NCBI GenBank assembly: GCA_963663235.2
Contig: CAXXNO010000001.1
Span: forward strand, 32,001-96,000
Reading direction: 5' to 3'
DNA length: 64,000 nt
Source: Dehalococcoidia bacterium
GTDB lineage: Bacteria > Chloroflexota > Dehalococcoidia > Bin125
Position 1 is the stretch's first letter. Every line of letters begins with the position of its first letter. Shown here in pieces: positions 9,884 to 18,013 of the stretch. The notes beneath the pieces were generated by a model. It searched no databases, was not told the origin of the DNA, and saw nothing but the letters and a program-made list of their open reading frames with translations. Both the position numbers and the translations under genes were made by a program.

Positions 9884-10594
9884 ATGACCGACGCGCCCTC
9901 GCCCGACAACGACAGCCCCAGCGTCAACGAGCTGGAGGTCCGCGGCGTCATGATCGGCGTCTTCCAGGAGAACTGCTGGGTGGTGGGGAACCGGCGCACC
10001 CACGAGGCCGTCTGCATCGACCCCGGCGGGCAGCCCGATGACATCCAGCACATGGCCGCCGAGATGGGCATGCAGATCAAGATCATCGCCTGCTCCCACG
10101 CCCACATCGACCACGTCCTCGGCGTGCGCGAGCTGCAGGCCAAGACCGGGGCCCGCTTCCTGCTGCACCCCGCCGATCTCGAGATCCTGCGGGACGCGCC
10201 CGCCAGCGCCCAACGCTTCGGCTTCCAGATCGATCCGCTGCCGGAGCCGGACGGCCTCTTCCAGGACGCCGATCGCCTCCAGGTCGATGGCCTGGATCTC
10301 CAGGTGATCCATACCCCCGGCCACACGCAGGGCAGCGCCAGCTTCTACACCAACCAACTGCTCTTTAGCGGGGACACCCTCTTCCAGGGCAGCATCGGCC
10401 GCACGGACCTGCCCGGCGGCGACCAGCGCCAGGAGATGGCCAGCATCGTGGACAAGCTGCTGCGCCTGCCCGATGAGACCATCGTCCTGCCCGGACACAT
10501 GCAGCAAACGACCATCGAGGCGGAGCGGGCGCACAACCCCTTCGTCCTGATGGAGCTACAAGCGCGGGGCGCGGCCGATCCGTCGGCCCGCTGA
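9884..10594 (+). CDS. MBL-fold metallo-hydrolase (glyoxalase II-like)
   Basis: HAHIDH, HTPGHT, GDTLF, GRTDLPGG, PGH. Confidence 0.95.
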   Translation: MTDAPSPDNDSPSVNELEVRGVMIGVFQENCWVVGNRRTHEAVCIDPGGQPDDIQHMAAEMGMQIKIIACSHAHIDHVLGVRELQAKTGARFLLHPADLEILRDAPASAQRFGFQIDPLPEPDGLFQDADRLQVDGLDLQVIHTPGHTQGSASFYTNQLLFSGDTLFQGSIGRTDLPGGDQRQEMASIVDKLLRLPDETIVLPGHMQQTTIEAERAHNPFVLMELQARGAADPSAR

Positions 10595-10609
10595 GGCGAA
10601 AGGACTCCG

Positions 10610-11071
10610 ATGCCCTCCAAGACCGACGAGATCGCCCGCATCGACGCCGCCCGCGACCGTTTCCTCGCCGTCGTCCGGCCCGTGGACGATGCGCACGGCA
10701 CCTGGCAAGGCGCCTTCGGAACCTGGTCGCTGGTCAACGTCCTGCAGCACTTGGGCGGCTGGTTCAATGAGATGACCCCCGCCCTGGAGCGCCTCGCTCG
10801 TGGGGAGCGGCCCACGCCGGACGGCGTGGACTACTCGAACGACGAGCTCTGGAACGCCAAGTTCGTCGAGGTCGCAGGCGAGCAGTCCATGGCGGAAGCC
10901 ATCGCTTCGCTCGAATCCAGCCTGGCGGCGTTCCGCGCCGCCGTCGAGAGCGTGCCGGACGAACGATTCGGCGACAACAAGACGGCCAACCGGCTCGTCG
11001 ACGGGGTCGTGATCCGGCACTTCGACGAGCACGCCGAGGAGATCACCGAGTGGCTCGCCGGCTCGCACTAG
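10610..11071 (+). CDS. DinB/ClbS-like four-helix bundle protein
   Basis: WSLVNVLQHLGGW, WNAKFV, HFDEHAEEI. Confidence 0.8.
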   Translation: MPSKTDEIARIDAARDRFLAVVRPVDDAHGTWQGAFGTWSLVNVLQHLGGWFNEMTPALERLARGERPTPDGVDYSNDELWNAKFVEVAGEQSMAEAIASLESSLAAFRAAVESVPDERFGDNKTANRLVDGVVIRHFDEHAEEITEWLAGSH

Positions 11072-11099
11072 CCGTCCCCGGCGGCGGAGCGCATCGCTG

Positions 11100-11570
11100 A
11101 TGGCGGACGACGAAAGCCTGTTGACCCCCGCCATGGAGGCGGTGATCGGTCAGGACGGCGAGCCCGCCGACGTCGAGATCGCGCGCGAGGTCGTGCGTCG
11201 CATGGCCGATGCGCTGGACGAGGACGACCCCGCCATCCTCGCCGCCATCAAGGGCGACGATCCGCGCGCCCTCGTGCCGCCCTACGCGCTGATCACCATG
11301 GTCTACTTCATGGAACAGATGAATATCCCGGACCTCCCCGGCCACGGCCTCCTCGCCGCCGACGAGTGGCGCTACAGCGCGCCGGTCCGCCTCGGCGACC
11401 GCCTCACGGTGGCCCCCCGGATCGCCGATATCCAAGAGCGCATCGGCGGGCGGGTGGGCCACTCGCTCTTCGTGCATCACGAGTGGACCTGCACCAACCA
11501 GGACGGGGAAGAGGTGGTCCGCGTCCGCCGCACCATCGCCTATTACCCCGAGCGCGGAGACAGCGAGTGA
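11100..11570 (+). CDS. MaoC-like hotdog dehydratase, FAS1-like subunit
   Basis: VPP, WRYSAPVRLGDRL, TNQDGEEV. Confidence 0.85.
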   Translation: MADDESLLTPAMEAVIGQDGEPADVEIAREVVRRMADALDEDDPAILAAIKGDDPRALVPPYALITMVYFMEQMNIPDLPGHGLLAADEWRYSAPVRLGDRLTVAPRIADIQERIGGRVGHSLFVHHEWTCTNQDGEEVVRVRRTIAYYPERGDSE

Positions 11571-11986
11571 CCGCCCGCACGTACGATGCGATCAGCGAGG
11601 GCGAGTCCCTTCCGACCGTGCAGCGCACCCCGACGAACTTCACGGTGCTGAAGTTCATCGGCGCGGCCTGGCAGTGGGGCCCCCAGTTCTTCGATCCCCA
11701 GGTCGCCCATCGCATGGCGCTGGAGGGCCCCATCGTCCCCGGGCCGCTCAAGATCGCCTTCATGGAACAGTTCCTGCGCCGGTGGCTGGGCGGCGCAGGG
11801 ACGTTCCGGCACATCCAGCTGTCGCACCGCCGCCCCGACTACCACGACGCGGAGATGTCCCTGGGCGGCGCCGTCACCCGCAAGTACCAGGAGGACGGCG
11901 TCCCCCTGGTCGACTTTGAGATCTGGATCGACAACGCCCAGGGCGAGCGCTCCGTCCGCGGCATCGCCACCATCGCCTTCGACTGA
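11567..11986 (+). CDS. MaoC-like hotdog dehydratase, partner subunit
   Basis: GTGA overlap; GESLP, PIVPGPL, VTRKY, NAQGE; lacks the canonical D-x4-H motif. Confidence 0.8.
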   Translation: MTARTYDAISEGESLPTVQRTPTNFTVLKFIGAAWQWGPQFFDPQVAHRMALEGPIVPGPLKIAFMEQFLRRWLGGAGTFRHIQLSHRRPDYHDAEMSLGGAVTRKYQEDGVPLVDFEIWIDNAQGERSVRGIATIAFD

Positions 11987-11992
11987 CGCCGC

Positions 11993-13354
11993 TCAGGTCC
12001 CGCTCACCGTCAGCTGCGCCATACGGATCGTGGGCGCCGCGACCTGCCCGTGCCATTCCACGTCGTCGCCCACCATGTCGATCGATTGCAGCATCTCCTG
12101 CAACCGGCCGGAGACGTTGATCTCACTCACCGGCTCCGCCAGCTCCCCCTTGCGGATCCACAGCCCCGCCGCCCCGCGCGAGAAGTCGCCGGTGGTGAGA
12201 TTGATCCCGAACCCCATCAACGTGGTCAGGTACAGGCCCTCCACCACGCCGGCGATGATCTCCGCCGCCGTCGAGCTTCCCGCCTCCAGCGCCAGGTTGC
12301 TCGTCCCCACCGAGGGAAGCGTCCCCACGTCGCGCACGGCCGAGCCCGTGCTTCGGCGCCCTGTGCGGCGCGCGTTGTAGGTGTCGAAGAGAAAGCCGCG
12401 GAACACGCCGCGGTCGATCAGGGGGTTCCGGCGCGTCGCGATGCCGTCGCCGTCGAACGGCATCGAGGCGAGGCGCGCGGGCAGCGTGGCGTCATCGACG
12501 AGCGTCACGTGTTCGCCGGCCACCGCTTGCCCCTCGGCGTCGGCCAGAAAGGTGCTGCGACGGTAGAACGCCTCGCCGCTGGCCGCCCGGCCGATGGTCG
12601 CCACCAGGCTCGCCGCCATGCGCGGCTCCCACACCACCGGCACCACCTGTGTGGCGCATTTTCCCGCGCCCAATTGCCGCAGCGTTCGCGCCGCCGCCTG
12701 CCGGCCCACCTCTTCCGCCGCCTCCAGGCGGTGCAGCGACCGTGCGGCGCTGTACCAGTAGTCGTTGCGCAGGCCGCCGTCCTCTTCCGCCGCCATCACC
12801 TCGACGCCGAGCATGGCGGTGCTGCTCAGGTAGCTCCCGCCGAAGCCGTTGCTGTCCGCCAGCGCCACCTCCGCCACAGTGGTGCTGAACGATGCGCCGC
12901 CGCTGTTGCTGATCCGGGGGTCGGCGTCCAGCGCCGCCGCCTCGCAGGCCAGCGCCCTCTCGATCCGCTCCCCGGGCGCCAGCGCCTCAATCGCCTCGTC
13001 GTAGATCTGCAGGCTGTCCTGCCCGGACGCCTGATCGGCCGGGTCGGGCAGCCCCGAGTGCTCGTCCGGCTCGGAGATCGCCGCCAGCGCGATCACGTCG
13101 CGCACGGCCTCGTCCAGCGCCGCCTCGCTCAAGTCCGCCGTCGACACCACCGCCTGCCGCCCCCCGACGATCGCGCGCAGCCCCACCGAGCGCGACCCGG
13201 CTTCCAGGAGCTTCTCCACCGCCCGCATGCGCACCTGCACCGAGTTTTCGGTCCCCGCCACCACCACGGCATCGGCCTGGTCGGCCCCCGCGGCCCGCGC
13301 CTTGTCCACCAGCCGCTGCGCGATCTCGAGCGGGCGTTGCTGCTCCACCGTCAC
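11993..13354 (-). CDS. pmbA: TldE/PmbA peptidase subunit
   Basis: GTGA overlap with tldD; PFDGDG, TGDFSRGAAG, PVSEINVSG. Confidence 0.92.
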   Translation of the reverse strand: MTVEQQRPLEIAQRLVDKARAAGADQADAVVVAGTENSVQVRMRAVEKLLEAGSRSVGLRAIVGGRQAVVSTADLSEAALDEAVRDVIALAAISEPDEHSGLPDPADQASGQDSLQIYDEAIEALAPGERIERALACEAAALDADPRISNSGGASFSTTVAEVALADSNGFGGSYLSSTAMLGVEVMAAEEDGGLRNDYWYSAARSLHRLEAAEEVGRQAAARTLRQLGAGKCATQVVPVVWEPRMAASLVATIGRAASGEAFYRRSTFLADAEGQAVAGEHVTLVDDATLPARLASMPFDGDGIATRRNPLIDRGVFRGFLFDTYNARRTGRRSTGSAVRDVGTLPSVGTSNLALEAGSSTAAEIIAGVVEGLYLTTLMGFGINLTTGDFSRGAAGLWIRKGELAEPVSEINVSGRLQEMLQSIDMVGDDVEWHGQVAAPTIRMAQLTVSGT

Positions 13355-14796
13355 CGGACCTGCGTCCCCCCGACGGTCATCTGGGACACCAGCAGCGTGG
13401 GCACCCCGACCCCCACCGGCACCGACTGCCCATCCTTGCCGCAGGTCCAGCGGCCGTCGCTCAGCGCGAAGTCGTGGCCCACGCCGGTCACATTGCTCAG
13501 CGCGTCCGGCCCGTTCCCAATCAGGTTGACGTCGCGAATCGGCGCGGTGATCCGGCCCTTCTCGATGAGATACCCCTCGGTGACGGAGAAGACGAAATCG
13601 CCGTTGCTGATGTTCACCTGCCCGCCGGAGAACGATTTGCAATAGATCCCGTACTGCACCCGGCCGATCAACTCCTGCGGGTCGGACTCTCCCGCCGTCA
13701 TGTAGGTGTTGGTCATCCTGGGCATGGGAGCGTGCTTGAAGGTCTCCCGCCGCCCGTTGCCGCTCGGATCGGCCTGGAAGTGCCGCGCGCTGATCCGGTC
13801 CTGCAGGTACGCGGCCAGCACTCCGTTCTCGATCAGCAGGTTGCGCTTCGCCGGGTTGCCTTCGTCGTCGACGTTGATCGACCCCCGGCTGCTCGCGATG
13901 GTGGCGTCATCCACCACCGTGACCAGGTCGGACGCCACCGGCTGGCCCATGCGCCCGCTGTAGTTGCTAGTGCCCTTGCGGTTGAAGTCCGCTTCCAGCC
14001 CGTGCCCCACGGCCTCGTGCAGGAGGATGCCGGAGTCCCCGGCCGCCAGCACCACCGGGAAGACGCCCGCCGGCGCTTCTCGCGCCTCCTGTTGCAGCAC
14101 CGCCTGCCGCGCCGCCTCCTCCGCCAGTGACTCCGGCGTGTGCGCGTCGAAGTACTCCAGCCCCATGCGGCCGCCCCCGCCCCAACGCGCCTGCCGCCTG
14201 GAGCCGTCCCGGTCGGAGAGGCAGGTGACGCTGAAGCGCAGCAGCGGCTGGAAATCGGACACGAGCCGCCCGTCGCTAGTGGCGATCATGATCCGCTTCT
14301 CTTCATCCACGAAGCTGCAGTCCACCCGCACCACGCTGGGGTCATGACGCCGCGCCGCCGCATCCGCCCGCCGCAACAGTTCGACCTTGGCGTCCGGCGA
14401 CGCGGCCCTGCTGGGGCTGGGGACGGCGTAACGGTCGGCGTCGTAGTCCGTGGCGGTGACGTCGATGGGGCCGGGAGCGCCGCCGCCGGCGCTGATCTGG
14501 GCCGCCGTCTCCGCCGCCCGCCGCATCGCCTCCAGCGAGAGGTCCTCGCTGTAGGCGTAGCCCACGGCGTCTCCCTGCGCCACGCGGATGCCCACGCCCT
14601 GCGACAGCGCCGCCTGCGCCGACTTCACCCGCTGCTCTTCGTAGGAGATCGCCCCGGCGCGCCGGTGCTCGAAGAAGAGGTCGGCGAAGTCCCCACCCCG
14701 GCTCAGCGCCGTGGCCAGCAGGCTCTCCATCACGGCTTCGTCGATGCTGAAGCGGTCGTTGAAAAACTGTGCCGTCGCCGCGCTGGACTCCGCCAC
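13351..14796 (-). CDS. tldD: TldD metalloprotease subunit
   Basis: HEAVGHGLEADFNRK zinc motif, PRMTNT, CGKDGQSVPVGVG; RBS GGAGG before GTG. Confidence 0.95.
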   Translation of the reverse strand: MAESSAATAQFFNDRFSIDEAVMESLLATALSRGGDFADLFFEHRRAGAISYEEQRVKSAQAALSQGVGIRVAQGDAVGYAYSEDLSLEAMRRAAETAAQISAGGGAPGPIDVTATDYDADRYAVPSPSRAASPDAKVELLRRADAAARRHDPSVVRVDCSFVDEEKRIMIATSDGRLVSDFQPLLRFSVTCLSDRDGSRRQARWGGGGRMGLEYFDAHTPESLAEEAARQAVLQQEAREAPAGVFPVVLAAGDSGILLHEAVGHGLEADFNRKGTSNYSGRMGQPVASDLVTVVDDATIASSRGSINVDDEGNPAKRNLLIENGVLAAYLQDRISARHFQADPSGNGRRETFKHAPMPRMTNTYMTAGESDPQELIGRVQYGIYCKSFSGGQVNISNGDFVFSVTEGYLIEKGRITAPIRDVNLIGNGPDALSNVTGVGHDFALSDGRWTCGKDGQSVPVGVGVPTLLVSQMTVGGTQVR

Positions 14797-14901
14797 GCTG
14801 GCCTCCTCCCGTTCCTCTTCTCCAGTGTACCGGGCCGCCTTCGGGCCCGATCGAGACAGGTCACCCGTCCCACGCCGAATGGAACGGCTGCACCATTCCC
14901 G

Positions 14902-15182
14902 GCGCCGCCCACCGCGCCATCCTTGGCTCGTAGAAGAAAGGGGAGTCACCGATGCTCACGTACTTCGATATGCAGACGCGCGCTCGCCATATCGAGATCC
15001 GGGCGTACCATCGCCCGACCGACCTCGACGAGCTCGACGAGCACGAACTGCACAGGCTCGAACTCGAACAGGCGCGCGAAGCCCTGGAAAAGATGTTCGA
15101 TCTGTCCGACCTCAACCCCTTCATCGCCTTCGCCGGCTGAGACCATGCGGGGCGCGCCGCCCACCGCACCATCCTTGGCTCG
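14902..15182 (+). repeat. 29-bp direct repeat (14902-14930 and 15154-15182) heading two small ORFs
   Basis: GCGCCGCCCACCGC(G/A)CCATCCTTGGCTCG, 28/29 identical; each followed by GGGGAG and CCGATGCTCACGTAC. Confidence 0.9.
14952..15140 (+). CDS. small protein, 62 aa (MLTYFDMQ...)
   Basis: Strong RBS GGGGAG and high-GC3 codon usage. Confidence 0.7.
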   Translation: MLTYFDMQTRARHIEIRAYHRPTDLDELDEHELHRLELEQAREALEKMFDLSDLNPFIAFAG

Positions 15183-15202
15183 CATAAGAGGGGGAGGCGC
15201 CG

Positions 15203-15271
15203 ATGCTCACGTACATCGAGAGGATGCTCTCTAGCATCCTCTTCTCCCCCGGCGGCGGGGGCGGCAGCTGA
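15203..15271 (+). CDS. micro-peptide, 22 aa (MLTYIERMLSSILFSPGGGGGS)
   Basis: RBS GGGGAGG; shares leader, first four codons and post-stop sequence with 14952-15140; below the ORF-track cutoff. Confidence 0.55.
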   Translation: MLTYIERMLSSILFSPGGGGGS

Positions 15272-15368
15272 GACCGTACGGGGGCGCCCAGGCCGCGCCC
15301 CCGCGGCGAAACCCGCTATCATCGCGGGGCCCAGCGTCGGCCCAGCGATTCCGATGACGGGAGCCGCC

Positions 15369-15755
15369 ATGCCCCTCTCCCCCGACGACCGCCTGGCCAT
15401 CCTCGACCTCGCCGCCCGCTACAACCAGGCCATCGACGGCGGCGACGTCGACGGCTGGGTGGCCACCTGGACCGATGCCTGCGTCTTCGAAGCGCCCGAC
15501 GGCACGTTCGAGGGCCACGACGGCATGCGCACCTTTGCCAAAGGCTTCATGGAGCGCTTCCCCAACACCCGCCACTGGAACGCCAACCACGCCATCGACG
15601 GTGACGGTGACTCCGCCACCATGCACTGCTATCTGCTGCTCATCGGCGTCAAGGGCGGGCCCAAGCCGCTGGCCGCCGGTCGCTATGACGACGTCCTCAA
15701 GAAGGTGGACGGCGCCTGGCGCTTCCAGCGCCGCAAGATCGCCCTCGACAAGTAA
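15369..15755 (+). CDS. SnoaL-like/NTF2 family protein
   Basis: DRLAILDLAARYNQAID, RH, GRYDD...DGAWRFQRR. Confidence 0.9.
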   Translation: MPLSPDDRLAILDLAARYNQAIDGGDVDGWVATWTDACVFEAPDGTFEGHDGMRTFAKGFMERFPNTRHWNANHAIDGDGDSATMHCYLLLIGVKGGPKPLAAGRYDDVLKKVDGAWRFQRRKIALDK

Positions 15756-15775
15756 TCATCTGGATCGAGTTTGCG

Positions 15776-16186
15776 ATGCCGCTGACCACGGCCGACACGC
15801 TGGAGATCCTGGACCTCATCGCGCGCTACAACCACGCCATCGACAGCGACGACGGCGAAGCCTACGCCGACACCTACACCGACGACGGCGTCTTCCAGTA
15901 CCCGCGCGGCAGCGCCCGCGGCCGGCGGGAATTGGCCGAGCTGGCCCACGAGATCACCACCAACATGCCGGGCGTGCGCCACTGGTCCAGCAACTGGATC
16001 ATCGAAGGCGAAGGGGACGCGGCCTCCATGACCTGCTACGCGCTGATCAAGGTCACCGATGAGGGCAAGCCCCGCTTGGTCGGCAGCGGTATCTACACAG
16101 ACACCCTGAGGCGGGTTGACGGCGCCTGGAAGTTCCAGCGCCGCGACATCGCCATCGACGGCTGGAGCTGGCCGCACTGGCCCTGA
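15776..16186 (+). CDS. SnoaL-like/NTF2 family protein
   Basis: Paralog of the previous gene; ARYNHAID, YTDDG, YTDTLRRVDGAWKF. Confidence 0.9.
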   Translation: MPLTTADTLEILDLIARYNHAIDSDDGEAYADTYTDDGVFQYPRGSARGRRELAELAHEITTNMPGVRHWSSNWIIEGEGDAASMTCYALIKVTDEGKPRLVGSGIYTDTLRRVDGAWKFQRRDIAIDGWSWPHWP

Positions 16187-16202
16187 CGGAAGGAGCAACC
16201 CC

Positions 16203-16622
16203 GTGGGATTGTCGGCAGAGGACAAGATGGAAATCATCGAGCTGGTCGGCCGCTACAACCACGCCGGCGACGTCGGCGACGCCGACGCGTGGGCCGACAC
16301 CTTCACCGACGACGGTGTCTTCGAGTCCAAGCAGATCCGTTACGAGGGGCGGGAGACCCTGAAGCAGCTGGCCATCGACACCGTCAACGGCATCGAACAC
16401 CCCCGCCACCACACCTACAACTTCGTCATCGAGGGCGACGGCGACAGCGCCAACATGAAGTCCTCGATCACGGTCATGTCGGTCGCCCACGATCGCGGCA
16501 GCGCGCGCATCGTGGGCGTCGGCAACTACGACGACACACTCATCAAGGTCAGCGGCGCCTGGAAATTCCAGCGCCGCTTCGTGCGCTTCCTCTACTGGCA
16601 CAACCCGACCTGGCCGTCGTAG
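16203..16622 (+). CDS. SnoaL-like/NTF2 family protein
   Basis: RBS AAGGAG, GTG start; RYNHAGD, FTDDG, YDDTLIKVSGAWKF. Confidence 0.9.
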   Translation: MGLSAEDKMEIIELVGRYNHAGDVGDADAWADTFTDDGVFESKQIRYEGRETLKQLAIDTVNGIEHPRHHTYNFVIEGDGDSANMKSSITVMSVAHDRGSARIVGVGNYDDTLIKVSGAWKFQRRFVRFLYWHNPTWPS

Positions 16623-16652
16623 TCGCCTGGACCGCGACGCGGGGTCGCACCG

Positions 16653-17834
16653 CTATGCGCCGGCCTCGTCCGGCGCCGGCTCCTCCGTCGGCTCGTCGCC
16701 ACCCGGCTGGCCGTCGGTCGGCTCTTCGCTCGCGGGATCGCCCTCCGGCGGCTCCCCCTCGGGAGGGGCTTCCGCATCGGGCAACTCGCCGTCCGGCGCC
16801 GCCTCGTCCGCCGTCGTGAAGGTGAAGCCGACCGGGATCGTGATCACCGTCCCGGCGTCAATGCGGTCGCTGTTCGTCAGGCCGTTGTAGACCGCGATCG
16901 CCTCCACCGTCGTGCCGAACTCCAGCGCCAGCGCGAACAGCGAGTCGCCCGGCCCGATCTCCCGCTCGACCAGGTCCGGCCACGCCAGCAACTCCTCGAC
17001 GACCTCCGGCGGCAGTTCGGGCACGCCGCCCCCAGCGACCGCTCCGTCCGTCTCCGCGGGCGGCGGCGCGGGCAACTCGATCGTGAACCCGACCGGGATC
17101 TGGAGCAGTTGCCCCTCGACGATGCTGCCCGCGTCCTCGATCCCGTTGTAGGCCGCAATCGCCTCCACCGTCGTGCCGAACTCCGACGCCAGCGCCCCGA
17201 GCGAGTCGCCCGCTTCCACCACGCGCTCCGTGATCTCCGGCCACGCCCGCAGCGCGTCCAACGGGTCCAGCCGCCCCTCGGTGACCGTCCCTTCGGCCAC
17301 CGCCTCAGCCTCCTCGGATGCCCCCGCCGCCGCCACGCCGCTGCCGGCTTCCACTGCGGCCTCATCGGAGGCGTCGGTCCCGTCGGGGATCTGCACGGCG
17401 ACGCCCGGAGATGCAGTCGGGGCTATCGCGTCCCCGCCGTCCCGGATGAGCGCCACGACCGCCCCCAGCACCGCCGGGATCACCACTACGAAAACGGCGA
17501 TCGCCACCGCCTTGCGCCGCTCGATCTGGGGAATCTTGGGTAGCAGCGAGCGGGAAGGTGGCGGCGGCGCGTCCCGGCGCCCGCGGAACACCTGGCAGCC
17601 CTGGAAGCGCGCGTGCAGGCAGAACGCGGCCTGGTAGGCGGGATGCACCGGCGCCGGCGCCTGCCCCTTGAGACACACATGATCGCGACGCACATGGTCC
17701 GCCGACGTGGCGGGGTCGTCGAGCAGCCCCAGATAGGGGCAGCTCACGGACGGACGTTGCGGGGCGGCATCGGTGTCGACCTCGCTCCCTTCGGCACCGG
17801 CGCCTCTCTCCACGTGCCTCCCAGCTTCACTCAC
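16653..17834 (-). CDS. membrane protein: Cys-rich N-terminal domain, one TM helix, two LysM domains (start uncertain)
   Basis: CPYLG...HVC...FC...GC; TM helix; two GDSL...FGTTVEAIA.YNG LysM repeats. Confidence 0.85.
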   Translation of the reverse strand: MSEAGRHVERGAGAEGSEVDTDAAPQRPSVSCPYLGLLDDPATSADHVRRDHVCLKGQAPAPVHPAYQAAFCLHARFQGCQVFRGRRDAPPPPSRSLLPKIPQIERRKAVAIAVFVVVIPAVLGAVVALIRDGGDAIAPTASPGVAVQIPDGTDASDEAAVEAGSGVAAAGASEEAEAVAEGTVTEGRLDPLDALRAWPEITERVVEAGDSLGALASEFGTTVEAIAAYNGIEDAGSIVEGQLLQIPVGFTIELPAPPPAETDGAVAGGGVPELPPEVVEELLAWPDLVEREIGPGDSLFALALEFGTTVEAIAVYNGLTNSDRIDAGTVITIPVGFTFTTADEAAPDGELPDAEAPPEGEPPEGDPASEEPTDGQPGGDEPTEEPAPDEAGA

Positions 17835-18013
17835 CGCCGCCCGGCCATTGTCCCCGCCACCCGCCGCACACGGCAACCACCCTCCGCAGCGATTTCCAGT
17901 TGCGTTATGCCGAATCCCGATCGTACAGTGGCGGTTCGCCTGCCTCGATCAGGGCGGGCGGTGGCGGAGGGGTAGCGAGGAAGCGATCGATTCGCCCTCG
18001 AGCGACGTCAGTC

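Noticed and set aside
8576-10534. Long antisense ORFs (also 20126-21694, 31514-33058, 46226-48367 and others)
   Set aside because: Shadow frames of real genes in high-GC DNA; Arg/Gly/Pro-rich or mirror-codon sequences with no motifs
14902-15290. Mini CRISPR array (29-bp repeats)
   Set aside because: Only two copies about 250 bp apart, each heading an ORF; no cas genes in the window
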